From Parcubacteria group bacterium (lineage in GTDB: Bacteria > Patescibacteriota > Minisyncoccia > Phycocordibacterales > Phycocordibacteraceae), in assembly GCA_028286825.1 (NCBI GenBank), contig JAQBQV010000011.1, positions 12,920 through 76,919 of the forward strand: a DNA stretch of 64,000 nucleotides, given 5' to 3'. Each line of letters opens with the position of its first letter. The stretch's first letter is position 1. A program made the position numbers and the translations under genes. This document shows, in pieces, positions 1 through 10,198 of the stretch. The notes under the pieces were generated by a model that saw only the letters and a list, made by a program, of their open reading frames with translations, was not told the origin of the DNA and did no database searches.

Positions 1-331
1 CTTGCTCGGTTAGGAAGGTATAAAGGAAATAATAGCTGAAGAAATAGAAGAGTGGCGCAAAGAGGTCCGCGAGAGACCAGGTGAACATCATTGAATCCGA
101 TCCAAGAAAGGCAAACCATGATCCTAAGTCGAGAAAGCACCACGTCGCGAAACACAAGCAGACCATAAAGAATGTGACGTTAGCACGCTTACGGCTTTGA
201 AAAATGAGAAAAATTCCGAACATGAGCGCGGCAATGGCTGCCGGAATATGCGAATACAGCAATAGACCGATTGAGATCTGATTTACCAGATAATCGTAGC
301 AGTATTGAAGATGAATAAAGCTAGAGAGCAT
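1..331 (-). CDS. N-terminal multi-TM region, probably a 7TM-type sensor histidine kinase (partial, runs off window edge)
   Basis: Manual translation from ATG at 331: MLSSFIHLQYCYDYLVNQISIGLLLYSHIPAAIAALMFGIFLIFKSRK...; open to the edge with several hydrophobic helices; kinase domain not visible. Confidence 0.5.
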   Translation of the reverse strand, partial: MLSSFIHLQYCYDYLVNQISIGLLLYSHIPAAIAALMFGIFLIFQSRKRANVTFFMVCLCFATWCFLDLGSWFAFLGSDSMMFTWSLADLFAPLFYFFSYYFLYTFLTEQ

Positions 332-336
332 AGAGG

Positions 337-687
337 TTATGGTGCACAGGATTCCCCGTCTTCAAGTACGGCGTCGCTACAATACGTTTCAGTACACAAA
401 CTGGTGTTATCACACGCAAAATGTTCACAGGAATGATTTTCAAGACAACGCGGTGCATCGCCTGAACGAATAACAATTTTCTTATAGGGACCCGGTGGGC
501 AACTAGGATCTTCTGCGGAAGAACAGCTTGGTAAAAAACACTTCTCAGTCGTCGGATCACACCCCGATACGACGTTCATAATAAAGTCACCTTGTATGAC
601 GTAGCGGTAATACGTAAAAACGATAACGATGACTATCAGGAGCGCAAATAGCGGTACTAGGACAGGAAAATGCGATTCGCCCTTCAT
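337..687 (-). CDS. Membrane-anchored Cys-rich hypothetical protein
   Basis: N-terminal TM helix then about 10 Cys; TATACT just upstream of start. Confidence 0.7.
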   Translation of the reverse strand: MKGESHFPVLVPLFALLIVIVIVFTYYRYVIQGDFIMNVVSGCDPTTEKCFLPSCSSAEDPSCPPGPYKKIVIRSGDAPRCLENHSCEHFACDNTSLCTETYCSDAVLEDGESCAP

Positions 688-726
688 TCTCTGCAGTATA
701 CAAGAAGCTCCAAGGCTTCTGCCCTG

Positions 727-1548
727 CTATCCACGCATCTTTCCGTCCACAAACGTCTTTGCTTTATAGGGGTGAGAGAACCAGAAATCATTTGCTTCTT
801 CCTCCATCGGCAATAACGCAACTACAAGCGGTTTTACACCAGACTCTTTCTCTACTTCTAGAAATGCTGGAAGGATGACCTCCTTGGTAAACGCGAACTC
901 ATGCTCGTCGGCTCGAAAATTGTCGAAAAGAATGGCATCCTGCAAAAAAAGTGACATGAACGGTTTGTAATATTTTTTGCCAGTCTGACCGTATGAGTGC
1001 AGCCAGCTTGAAGCATCAAAAAAATTGTGTGCATACTGCGGAAAACGTTGAACGAATAGCTCGTGATGAAAATCAACGAGTTTTTGACCCCAGTGCGTAT
1101 CTAGAGACGACATGGGCTTACTATTGCTGTCATTAAAGTTGAGGATTGAGGCATTCTCGAATATAGATGCACCCTCTTTGGTTAAACTTTTCTGGAAACG
1201 AAGCTTTCCTAAAAAGTACTTCCATTGATTGCGATCATTAAACTGGTCGTCTGGGTATTCAAGCATCACCGGCTCAAGACCTAAGTGCGACAGCCCATCG
1301 CCACATCCAAAAAAGCGAGTAACCTCATGATTTGGCGTGGCCAGATGTCTAAAGAGAACAATACTTTTCTTGTCTGTCAGGATCTCTGGAATTCCATGCG
1401 ATAATACTGTTTTCGCGTATGCATCTATAGCAGCATTAGTGCGACGGGCCTCAAGCTGTTCGACTGCCTGTTCCCACGGCGTATAAATATAATCAGCGAG
1501 CGCTTGTTTATCGCTCATCAGTTTCTCAGAGAGTGCCGTGACGTCCAT
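727..1548 (-). CDS. Hypothetical cytoplasmic protein (273 aa)
   Basis: Long ORF co-directional with neighbours. Confidence 0.75.
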   Translation of the reverse strand: MDVTALSEKLMSDKQALADYIYTPWEQAVEQLEARRTNAAIDAYAKTVLSHGIPEILTDKKSIVLFRHLATPNHEVTRFFGCGDGLSHLGLEPVMLEYPDDQFNDRNQWKYFLGKLRFQKSLTKEGASIFENASILNFNDSNSKPMSSLDTHWGQKLVDFHHELFVQRFPQYAHNFFDASSWLHSYGQTGKKYYKPFMSLFLQDAILFDNFRADEHEFAFTKEVILPAFLEVEKESGVKPLVVALLPMEEEANDFWFSHPYKAKTFVDGKMRG

Positions 1549-1632
1549 GTCTGAATATATAGATGTAGTACTCTGTGTTGTACCACATTCTACGAAAATA
1601 AATACCCGCGCCTCGTAGCACTGAGGATAGTG

Positions 1633-2223
1633 CTACGCTCGCTTCGATCTCTGCCCCACATACGCAAAAACAAAGATCGCACCATTTGAGAGGAGCAAAT
1701 AAAGCGGAAATGCAATGTTCGGAGCATCGAGTTTGGTTGTGGAAAGGACGCCAAATAATGATGCGAGTGCGACTAAACCCCACGACGGTGCAGATTCTGA
1801 TTTCGGATCGTGATATGTTTTTATGAAAGTAGGAATGAACGCAAAGAGATCGCCTGCAATCGCACACAGAATTGCGACGAGTGGGTTTGATGTTATTTGC
1901 CAACCGATAATCGCGAGGATAGCAAGTACGACACAATAGAGTTCAATTTTACCGTAGTGTTTATATCCGTATCCAAATAAAGAGAGAATGACCACAGCAG
2001 TCATGTTGAGCGCGATAAAGAAGACAATAACTATTGAGAGAGACGCGCCCGAACTCAGTTGTGCAAAAAATGCGATCCATTGTAAAACTGCCCAGAGAGT
2101 GAATGAGACAGTGTTCGGCCTTGCACCTCCACCTTTGAGCACATCTTTGATGTAGACAAATCCAGAAATGAGCGAAAGAACGCCCGACAGAACGGCGAGT
2201 ACCAGGTACCAGTTGATATCCAC
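1633..2223 (-). CDS. Multi-pass membrane protein (PQ-loop-like)
   Basis: About 7 TM helices; RPNxxSF and IPTFIKTYHDPKSES motifs. Confidence 0.7.
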   Translation of the reverse strand: MDINWYLVLAVLSGVLSLISGFVYIKDVLKGGGARPNTVSFTLWAVLQWIAFFAQLSSGASLSIVIVFFIALNMTAVVILSLFGYGYKHYGKIELYCVVLAILAIIGWQITSNPLVAILCAIAGDLFAFIPTFIKTYHDPKSESAPSWGLVALASLFGVLSTTKLDAPNIAFPLYLLLSNGAIFVFAYVGQRSKRA

Positions 2224-2243
2224 ACTACAAGTGTAGCAAAGTT

Positions 2244-2717
2244 TTAGGCCACCTTCTCTATAGTGTAGGTCTGCTTGCCAGACGGAGTGTCAAAGGTAAA
2301 GGTATCTCCTTTTTTCTTGCCCATAATCGCAGCCCCGAGAGGTGAGACATGCGAAAGTTTGTGCACGCGCATATCAGCCTCTTCGCTCCCCACGATCGTA
2401 TACTCGTGGAGATCGCTACTACCGTCTTTCTTAATGGTGACAACTGAGTTGAAACTCACCTCGTTCTTCTTCTTTCCGTCAGTGAGAATCTTGGTGTTCT
2501 TTACCAAATCCTCAAGCTTCTTAATTCGCTCTTCAGTCGCAGCCTGCAAATCGCGAGCTTCCTGGTACTCAGCATTTTCTGAAAGGTCGCCAAGCGAACG
2601 AGCGTACTCGAGACTCTTCGCGATCTCGGTACGGCGGACAGTCTTCAAATTCTCGAGCTCCTTAATCATCTCATCAAATTTCTCCTGCGAAACGAACGTA
2701 TCTTGTGAATCAATCAT
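2244..2717 (-). CDS. greA: Transcription elongation factor GreA
   Basis: ARSLGDLSENAEYQEAR and SPLGAAIMGKK motifs; start trimmed to MIDSQ. Confidence 0.97.
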   Translation of the reverse strand: MIDSQDTFVSQEKFDEMIKELENLKTVRRTEIAKSLEYARSLGDLSENAEYQEARDLQAATEERIKKLEDLVKNTKILTDGKKKNEVSFNSVVTIKKDGSSDLHEYTIVGSEEADMRVHKLSHVSPLGAAIMGKKKGDTFTFDTPSGKQTYTIEKVA

Positions 2718-2770
2718 GTAAATTAAAGTATGTGATGGCATTGTACGCGCACCACTGTATCTTGCAAGCT

Positions 2771-4462
2771 TTAAAACGAGGTTGAAGATGTCGCGGTCCC
2801 GCCCGTATAAATCGAGTTCTGGGAGTGGAGGGATTCAAACAGCTGCTTCATCGCATTTACCGACTGCTCCCCTGCTCCGGAGGGACCGCGCTCAAGCACA
2901 ACCGCAAAGGCGTACTGCGGGTGGTCATAGGGGAAGAACCCAACCACCCATGAGTTATCAAATTGATTATTGGTACCCGTCTGCGCGGTGCCGGTCTTAG
3001 CCGCTACCGACACATAGGGGAAATTAAGTGCGTTTGCGAGTGCGCTGGTAACACTTTGGCGCATACCGGCTCTGGAGATTGCAAGAGCGTTTTGATCAAC
3101 CGGCACGGTGGTAAATGCCGACGACTTGTTCGCAACCAATGTGGGAGTGTAGAGCTTGCCGCCATTAGCGACTGCAGCGGTCGCGCGCGCCATCTGGATC
3201 GGCGTCACTTGCATTGAGTACTGCCCGATCGCGGTGAAGTACGTATCCCCGGTATACCACTGTTCGTTAAATGTTTTCTTTTTCCAGGCCGGAGTAGGCA
3301 CGAGCCCGTTCGCTTCCCCGCCGAGATCAATACCTGTCGGCGACCCTAGACCAAACTGCGTATACCAGTACGCGAGTCGATCGATACCAAGCCCACGCTG
3401 TGATTTGAATCCGCCGCCGACAGTATAAAAGAAAATATCTGAAGACCAAGCGATCGCCTTCTTCACGTCCACAGGGCCAAGCGCTTTCCAACCGGTGTAA
3501 CGGAATTCCCTATCTTTATTGTATGGGTCTTGGACGGTAATCACCCCTGGATCATTAATAACCGTATCCTCCGTGATGATCCCATCGTTTAGAGCTCCCG
3601 CTGCTACAATCGGCTTCACGATCGATCCTGGAACATACACCCCCTGCACCGCATGATCAAGAAAGGGGTGACCCGGATCAGAGTTATAAGCGGCAATTGT
3701 TTCAGCTGGTGTTCCATTACTCATCACATTCGCGTCATAACTTGGGTAGGAAACAAGCGCGCGCACCGCACCAGTATCAACGTCCATAATCACGCCTGAA
3801 CCCGCGATAAAGTGGTGCGCTTGTGCAGTTTCGCCAATCGCTTTAGCAAACTGCGCTTGTAATGAAGCATCGATTGATAGCTCGAGCGTGCCGCCATCTA
3901 TTGGCGGCACGTAGCTGCCCTCGGAACGCACACGCCCTACCGCATCTGTTTCAGTGAGTAATTGCCCGTTCCTTCCGACGAGAAGAGAATCATACTTTGC
4001 CTCAAGCCCTGTAACCCCTGTCTCCTCAGTATCGTAATAGAAACCATTGCTGTCCTTCTTTGGGTACGACACGTAGCCGATCACCTGTGACAGCGACGGA
4101 TAGTAATACTGGCGAATCATTGTCCCACCCTCCTTGGCCACATTATCAGCGAGTATTGTCCCATACATGTCAGTGATGGTGCCACGCGGTGCAAAGACCG
4201 TCGTGACTTTAAGACTATTCTCAGCACTCTGCGCGGCAAACGCATAGCCCTTCATAACTTGAAGATTCCAGCTGCGCCCCACGAGCACGAGAATCAGGAG
4301 AGCGAGTGTACCAAAGAGATAGACGAATGTACGCGACGCAAGTGGTTTTTCAATACGACCTTCAAAACGTGAACGATCGAAGTCAGGAGTATTTGATGAG
4401 TCTAGGAAGATCTCATCGGGAGCGATTTCAGGATCTTTGTGTCGCTTACGTAACCACAGCAT
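2771..4462 (-). CDS. mrdA: Penicillin-binding protein 2 (class B transpeptidase)
   Basis: PGSIVK (SxxK), SSD, KTGTAQ motifs; in mre cluster. Confidence 0.93.
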   Translation of the reverse strand: MLWLRKRHKDPEIAPDEIFLDSSNTPDFDRSRFEGRIEKPLASRTFVYLFGTLALLILVLVGRSWNLQVMKGYAFAAQSAENSLKVTTVFAPRGTITDMYGTILADNVAKEGGTMIRQYYYPSLSQVIGYVSYPKKDSNGFYYDTEETGVTGLEAKYDSLLVGRNGQLLTETDAVGRVRSEGSYVPPIDGGTLELSIDASLQAQFAKAIGETAQAHHFIAGSGVIMDVDTGAVRALVSYPSYDANVMSNGTPAETIAAYNSDPGHPFLDHAVQGVYVPGSIVKPIVAAGALNDGIITEDTVINDPGVITVQDPYNKDREFRYTGWKALGPVDVKKAIAWSSDIFFYTVGGGFKSQRGLGIDRLAYWYTQFGLGSPTGIDLGGEANGLVPTPAWKKKTFNEQWYTGDTYFTAIGQYSMQVTPIQMARATAAVANGGKLYTPTLVANKSSAFTTVPVDQNALAISRAGMRQSVTSALANALNFPYVSVAAKTGTAQTGTNNQFDNSWVVGFFPYDHPQYAFAVVLERGPSGAGEQSVNAMKQLFESLHSQNSIYTGGTATSSTSF

Positions 4463-4464
4463 TG

Positions 4465-4713
4465 CTACATTGTACTGGCCCGGAGTTGATTACGCACTAA
4501 GAGGCCTATACCACCGAGAATCAGGCCCCCGAACGTAAAAAGGGGGAGTCCACCCGCGTGCACACTATAGTACAGAGTGTCAGCAAAAAGACCGAGCGCA
4601 ATCACCGCAACAGGCTCGATAAAGGCAAGCACAATCGCAAGTCCCGCGGTCAAGAGCCAGGGGAAGAAGATAACGGACACAAAGGCGCTGATAATAAGCA
4701 CCACGTTACTCAT
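4465..4713 (-). CDS. Small membrane protein, MreD-like by position
   Basis: Hydrophobic 82 aa between mreC and mrdA; GLFADTLY resembles the MreD motif. Confidence 0.55.
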   Translation of the reverse strand: MSNVVLIISAFVSVIFFPWLLTAGLAIVLAFIEPVAVIALGLFADTLYYSVHAGGLPLFTFGGLILGGIGLLVRNQLRASTM

Positions 4714-5552
4714 GGCTTCGTAGTGGTTGCTGTCATGAGTGTGCCCTTAAGACTTTCTCCGGCATCGCGAATGGTCACAAAGTAAAGTGTGAATAAATTT
4801 ACTCTTGGTTGGATGCGCAGCGTCATGGAGGGCGACGTCGGATCACCGTCGATCCTGACGACTTTCCCGGCCGGGAGTGCGCCTGGGCCGGGTAAGAACA
4901 CGAGATCGCCAACAGCAACATCACTGGGCCGCGTGAGTGACGCGTTTAGTACGCCGCCTCCGCCTCCCATAACGGTAAGCGGAATATTCTTACTCCCAAC
5001 TGAGCCTATCGCACTCATCCCCGGAGCTGAGAAAAGAGTGATGCGAGAAAAGTCGGCGAGCGCTGTTGTAACCACGCCAAGGGGGACATTCCCTGGACCA
5101 AATGCTTCTTGGCCGACCACCACACCACTATGGGTACCCTTATCTACTATGAGTGTGTCATATGGACTCTCAGGTGGTCGAGCAATCACTCCAGCTAGCA
5201 CTGCAGGCGTTATGATTCTATTCGATTCGCTTGTACCAAGTAGCGCCTCGAGACTAGCCTCTTTTTGAATGAGAGCCTCGTTTTCATTTGCGAGTGCCGC
5301 GTTCTCTTGCAGGAGACGTTCGTTAGCTTTGGTTAACTCAGCGCTTGAATTAAAAAAGCCAAAGAACGAGTGGCTTGTGGAGGCAAGGGCGTCGGCACTC
5401 CTAAACACGGGAGCAAAAATATGAAAATAGACGTTCGGAACGATCAGCCGAACAGCGATAAGTAGAAGCACAATAATAAGTGCATAGCCGCCCCAGGAGA
5501 CTCCTCCTGATAAGAGGAACGCGTTACGCCTCGTTAAGAATGTCTTCTTCAT
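4710..5552 (-). CDS. mreC: Rod shape-determining protein MreC
   Basis: TM plus coiled coil plus IVDKGTHSGV beta domain; follows mreB. Confidence 0.92.
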   Translation of the reverse strand: MKKTFLTRRNAFLLSGGVSWGGYALIIVLLLIAVRLIVPNVYFHIFAPVFRSADALASTSHSFFGFFNSSAELTKANERLLQENAALANENEALIQKEASLEALLGTSESNRIITPAVLAGVIARPPESPYDTLIVDKGTHSGVVVGQEAFGPGNVPLGVVTTALADFSRITLFSAPGMSAIGSVGSKNIPLTVMGGGGGVLNASLTRPSDVAVGDLVFLPGPGALPAGKVVRIDGDPTSPSMTLRIQPRVNLFTLYFVTIRDAGESLKGTLMTATTTKP

Positions 5553-6576
5553 CGATAAAAAAATCTACGTACGGCTCTGGATTCTCCGTGACGATCCCGG
5601 CGCCGCGGACGACTGCCGTTAAGGGATCAGGCGCAACACGGACCGGCACCCCAAGCATTTTAGCGAGAATCTCAGGGAGGCCACGTAGCAGTGCCCCTCC
5701 GCCAAAGACAGTAACCCCTCGCTCGAGCACGTCCGCGAGGAGCTCAGGTGGCGTCGCCTCGATCACTTCTTTCATTGTGTCCATAAGTGAGTCAAGCGAG
5801 GGTGCCAGCGCCTCGCGCACATGTTCGTCGGTGAGAATTATTTCTCGCGGCAGTCCGGTGGCAAAATCGCGACCGCGCACGCTACGTGAAAGCTGCTCTT
5901 CAAGAGGGATCACGGCGCCGATATTAATCTTCACCTCTTCCGCAGTTCGCTCGCCAATGCCAAGCTTAAATTCGCTTCGCACATAGTCGATAATATTCTC
6001 GTTAAAGCGGTCCCCCGCTACCTGCGAGCTTTTAGCGCTTACCACACCGCGAAGCGCAATGACTGCAATGTCAGTAGTGCCTCCGCCAATATCGAGCACC
6101 ATACTCCCCACCGCTTCGTTGACTGGCAGCTTCGCACCTATCGCCCCCGCTACTGGCTCTTCCATAATGTACGCTTCGCGCGCCCCTGCATTTTTAGCAG
6201 CATCGCGCACTGCGCGACTTTGCACGTTGGTCACCCCCGTCGGTACGCCGATCACCACCCGTGGACCAAAAAGCCGCGCTCGGCCATTCTGGGCTTTGTT
6301 AATCATGTACGTCAGCATCTCTTCGGTAACCTCGAAGTCAGAGATCACACCATGAGAAAGAGGGCGAACCACCCGGATATGCGAAGGGGTCTTGCCGAGC
6401 ATCGTCTTCGCTTCGGCGCCAACCGCGACAACCTGATTGGTCTTGTCGTTCACGGCGACAACTGACGGCTCATTGATTACGACTCCCTTCCCGCGTACAT
6501 ATACGAGCGTGTTGGCGGTACCCAGGTCAATCGCGATGTCGTTACTAAAGAAGAGACTCTTCGAAAACTTTTTCAT
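5524..6576 (-). CDS. mreB: Rod shape-determining protein MreB
   Basis: IAIDLGTANT, EPSVVA, DIGGGTTD, GGGALL. Confidence 0.97.
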   Translation of the reverse strand: MKKFSKSLFFSNDIAIDLGTANTLVYVRGKGVVINEPSVVAVNDKTNQVVAVGAEAKTMLGKTPSHIRVVRPLSHGVISDFEVTEEMLTYMINKAQNGRARLFGPRVVIGVPTGVTNVQSRAVRDAAKNAGAREAYIMEEPVAGAIGAKLPVNEAVGSMVLDIGGGTTDIAVIALRGVVSAKSSQVAGDRFNENIIDYVRSEFKLGIGERTAEEVKINIGAVIPLEEQLSRSVRGRDFATGLPREIILTDEHVREALAPSLDSLMDTMKEVIEATPPELLADVLERGVTVFGGGALLRGLPEILAKMLGVPVRVAPDPLTAVVRGAGIVTENPEPYVDFFIDEEDILNEA

Positions 6577-6578
6577 AG

Positions 6579-7823
6579 TTACAATGCCAAAATCTCAGCC
6601 CGCGATTTTTTAACTACGTCCCCGGTAGAACGATTCACTACTTCAAATTGGTCAGTAGCGACCCCGTCACGACCAACCACAATGCGGTACGGCATACCTA
6701 AGAGATCGCTCTCAGCGAATTTCTCTCCCGCTCGCAGATCGCGATCGTCATACAGCACTTCAACGCCTTTTCTCGTTAGTTCATCATAAAGCGCGTCTGC
6801 CGCCTTCGACACCTCATCCCCATTGTGCCCAAGCGAAACGAGGTGGTATGTAAATGGCGCGACTTGTATTGGCCACACAAGACCTTTATCGTCACCAAGC
6901 GCTTCAACGATTATGCCCATAAGACGCGTCGGCCCAATGCCGTAGGAACCCATGACTACAGGCTTCTTAGTGCCAGTCTCGTCGGTGTAGGTAAGGCCGA
7001 GCACATCAGAAAAGCGAGTGCCTAAGTTGAAGATATTCCCAGCTTCGATCGCCTTTTTTTCAATCAGGCTCTCTTTACTGAGACCAAGCTTATTAATAGT
7101 CTCGTCGTTATATACTTCTTTATTGATCGCAATTCCCTTCTCTTCGTCTATATAAATAGTATCCTCGCCTGCGTCAGAAACAGTCTGGAACTCTTCAGAG
7201 AATTCACTAAAAATGCCACCAGAAGCAAAGGTGACGTAAGTGCGACTACCAATACCCGCTCGTTCAAATACTTTTTTATAAGCTTCGCGCGCCTCTGCAT
7301 AAAACACAGCATGTTCTGTCTCATCTTTTGAAAATGAGTACAAGTCTTTCATCATAAACTCTTTGCCGCGCATGATTCCGCTCTTGGCGCGCAGCTCATT
7401 GCGAAACTTATTTTGGAATTGATATGCGTAGACTGGTAGATCGCGATACGAAGAAATGTGATCTGTCATGATGCGCGTGAGCGGCTCTTCATGGGTGATC
7501 CCAAGCCCCGTCTCGCCGCCACTTTTAAATGTGGTCTTGAACCAATTGTCGACCTTCGCGTCGTCCCACCTGTCGGTGCGGCTCCAGAGATCTTTGTCTT
7601 GGAGAGCTGTCATCACGAGCTCCTGGCCACCGATCGCATTCATCTCCTCGCGAATGATCTGAACAATCTTATTGAGAGTACGTAGACCGAGCGGCAAATA
7701 GGAGTACACACCGGCAATCTCTTTATGCACAAAGCCTGCACGCACCAGTAACTGAGCATTCTTCGCGACCTCATCGCTTGGTGCTTCGCGCCTCGTCTTA
7801 GTAAAAAGCTGTGTTTGTCGCAT
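6579..7823 (-). CDS. proS: Proline--tRNA ligase (short form, no editing insertion)
   Basis: FRNELRAKSGIMRGKEFMMKDLYSF, MGSYGIG, anticodon-binding domain; start trimmed to MRQTQLF. Confidence 0.96.
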   Translation of the reverse strand: MRQTQLFTKTRREAPSDEVAKNAQLLVRAGFVHKEIAGVYSYLPLGLRTLNKIVQIIREEMNAIGGQELVMTALQDKDLWSRTDRWDDAKVDNWFKTTFKSGGETGLGITHEEPLTRIMTDHISSYRDLPVYAYQFQNKFRNELRAKSGIMRGKEFMMKDLYSFSKDETEHAVFYAEAREAYKKVFERAGIGSRTYVTFASGGIFSEFSEEFQTVSDAGEDTIYIDEEKGIAINKEVYNDETINKLGLSKESLIEKKAIEAGNIFNLGTRFSDVLGLTYTDETGTKKPVVMGSYGIGPTRLMGIIVEALGDDKGLVWPIQVAPFTYHLVSLGHNGDEVSKAADALYDELTRKGVEVLYDDRDLRAGEKFAESDLLGMPYRIVVGRDGVATDQFEVVNRSTGDVVKKSRAEILAL

Positions 7824-7867
7824 TCCCTCCAGTATACGCCCCCGACCCAACCTCGGCAAAAGGAGAA

Positions 7868-8962
7868 CTATCCAACGATTTTGAAGATGTCGTGCGCAGT
7901 CACTACGAGCATGAGGAGGATGAGAGCCACAAATCCAACTGCGTTTACCGTCTGTGCTATGCGCGCATTGATTGGTCTACGAATGATGCTTTCTATTATT
8001 ACGAAAAGAAGTCGGCCGCCGTCCAAGGCTGGAATTGGAATCAGGTTAATAAGGGCGAGATTAATTGAAATGATCGCCATAATCGAGAAGAGATTACCAA
8101 ATCCTTGTTGTGAAGCGCTCCCTACAGCTCCCGCGATCCCAACAGGACCCGACACACTTGAGAGGTCTGCAGTGAATGTAAAGACGCCATAGAAGAAGTG
8201 TGCCAGCCCTTGGGCAGTAAGAACTGTAGCGCCCCAGGTGAGCTGTGCGCCTTCAACAATTGCTTTACCAAACGAGACGGGCACGACACCAACGGTCGCC
8301 ACTTCCACACCTATCACCGCCCGGTCAGGGTTATTCGCAATAAGGCCCTTAGCGGGTCGCGCAAAGAGCGTCTCCTCTTTGCCCTCACTCGTTCGCACGT
8401 TGAGCGCAATAGTCGTGTTACCGCCTCCGTTAGAAACGAACTTGGTGAACTCTGCGGGATCAACGCCTGAAAAGGTAAAGTGTCCGTCTTCCGCTGCGAG
8501 GATAGTGTCGCCTGGCTTAAGGCCTGCCTCAGCTGCTGGGCTACCTGGAATTACGTTGGCCACCATGAGCTGAGTGTCGCGTGCGATTGCTACTTCGCTC
8601 GCCTCAAGGGCTCGAGGAGTGCCAGCGACGAGCGCACTTGTGATCAGTAGGTATGCCAAAAGAAAATTCATTGCGACTCCCGCCACGAGCACAACGGCCT
8701 GAAGTATGCGCGGGCGAGAGCTAAATGAATGCGAACCCTTCTCTCCCCCGTCTTCGCCATAAATTTTTACGAAGCCGCCAAAGGGCAGCCAGTTGAGTGT
8801 GTACTCGGTCTCACCGATTTTCCTGATGAGGAGCGCACGGGGTGGGTACCCAAGCCCAAACTCGTCAACACGCATACCCGACCATTTTGCAGCGATAAAA
8901 TGCCCAAACTCGTGCACCACAATGAGTACGACAATAACGACGATAAAAATCAGTATGCTCAT
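7868..8962 (-). CDS. rseP: Site-2 (RIP) metalloprotease with PDZ domain
   Basis: HEFGH, NLIPIPALDGG, PDZ motif GSPAAEAGL. Confidence 0.95.
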   Translation of the reverse strand: MSILIFIVVIVVLIVVHEFGHFIAAKWSGMRVDEFGLGYPPRALLIRKIGETEYTLNWLPFGGFVKIYGEDGGEKGSHSFSSRPRILQAVVLVAGVAMNFLLAYLLITSALVAGTPRALEASEVAIARDTQLMVANVIPGSPAAEAGLKPGDTILAAEDGHFTFSGVDPAEFTKFVSNGGGNTTIALNVRTSEGKEETLFARPAKGLIANNPDRAVIGVEVATVGVVPVSFGKAIVEGAQLTWGATVLTAQGLAHFFYGVFTFTADLSSVSGPVGIAGAVGSASQQGFGNLFSIMAIISINLALINLIPIPALDGGRLLFVIIESIIRRPINARIAQTVNAVGFVALILLMLVVTAHDIFKIVG

Positions 8963-9510
8963 TGGCTGATCTCGTCCTCCTTACGCTTAAGCACAGCTCC
9001 TAATGACTCATTAGCTGCATCGATCATCTTCTGCACTTCAGCTTTAAGGCGCTTCACTTCATCTTCGCCCATGCCACCATCCTTCTCTGTAGCATCAAGC
9101 GCTTTAATGGCATCGGTACGATGAGCTCGGAGCGTAACCTTCGCCTGCTCAGTTTTGTCGCCAGCGATCTTACTCAGTTGTTCACGGCGCTCACTCGTGA
9201 GCTGTGGAAAGGAGACACGTAGCCCTTGCTCGTCGGTAGAAACGCCAACTCCAAGGTCGGCTTCCGTGATTGCTTTCTCAATCGGCTTCATAAGCTCCTT
9301 GTCCCAGGGCACGACACGGATCGTTCGAGCGTCTTCAGTTGCGATAGATGCAATATCTTTGAGCGCGGTGCGGGAACCGTAGGCCTCAGGCTTAATCGCG
9401 TCGAGCAAGGTCGGAGTTGCCCTTCCCGTACGCACTCCTCCAAGCTCGCGTACGAGCCATTCCTCAGTCTCCGTAATCTGCGTCTTTAGTTTTGAAAAGT
9501 CATATGCCAT
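8959..9510 (-). CDS. frr: Ribosome recycling factor
   Basis: VRTGRATP, PQLTSERR. Confidence 0.97.
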   Translation of the reverse strand: MAYDFSKLKTQITETEEWLVRELGGVRTGRATPTLLDAIKPEAYGSRTALKDIASIATEDARTIRVVPWDKELMKPIEKAITEADLGVGVSTDEQGLRVSFPQLTSERREQLSKIAGDKTEQAKVTLRAHRTDAIKALDATEKDGGMGEDEVKRLKAEVQKMIDAANESLGAVLKRKEDEISQ

Positions 9511-9519
9511 ATGAATTGA

Positions 9520-10194
9520 TTATACCAAACCTCGCGGGATAACGAGAGAGATATGTTCGAGGATCATTTTAACGGGGGCGCTGCGGTCATATAGATGCGT
9601 TCGAAGAATTGCAATGTCTGAAAGAAGCGCGACAGCTGCGCTGTCGCGCTTCTTTGCCTTGTACGCTACTGCTTCGATGCCGTTTAGTAGCGCAATGGCT
9701 TCTTCGCGGTTCTCGCGACGAGCGTCTTCGTCTTTCCCGCTTGTGAGTTTCTTAATCAGTGCACTTCGCTTCTCTTTTGTTGCCTTAAGAAATTGCTCGG
9801 CGATTTCAGGAATACGTGGTCGCGATGACTCGCCATGTGAGAGCTCTTGAACGCGCGATCGAAGTGTTGGCAGTAACCCGCCCAAGGAAGGCATAACAAG
9901 AAAGAGGTACGTACCTTGTGGCGGTTCTTCGAAGAGTTTGAGAAGTGCGTTCTGCGCTTCGTGGTATGCGCGACTGGCTGAGACGATCACTACTTTTGTT
10001 TCCCCCGCAAAGGGCGCTCCGTTCGCAAGGTCACCCACCTTACGCGAGTCCTCAACCGACAAGAGTCCATGGCGGACCACCACCACATCAGGATTATTCT
10101 CGAGCTTTAAATCAAGTTCTTTTATTATCCACGCCTGAGCGATTTCAATTCCCTCTTCCGCTTCGGCCTCGATTACGAATGCGTGCTGCTGCAT
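9520..10194 (-). CDS. holB: DNA polymerase III delta'-like clamp loader subunit
   Basis: AQNALLKLFEEPP and LLPTLRSR motifs. Confidence 0.8.
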   Translation of the reverse strand: MQQHAFVIEAEAEEGIEIAQAWIIKELDLKLENNPDVVVVRHGLLSVEDSRKVGDLANGAPFAGETKVVIVSASRAYHEAQNALLKLFEEPPQGTYLFLVMPSLGGLLPTLRSRVQELSHGESSRPRIPEIAEQFLKATKEKRSALIKKLTSGKDEDARRENREEAIALLNGIEAVAYKAKKRDSAAVALLSDIAILRTHLYDRSAPVKMILEHISLVIPRGLV

Positions 10195-10198
10195 AGAG

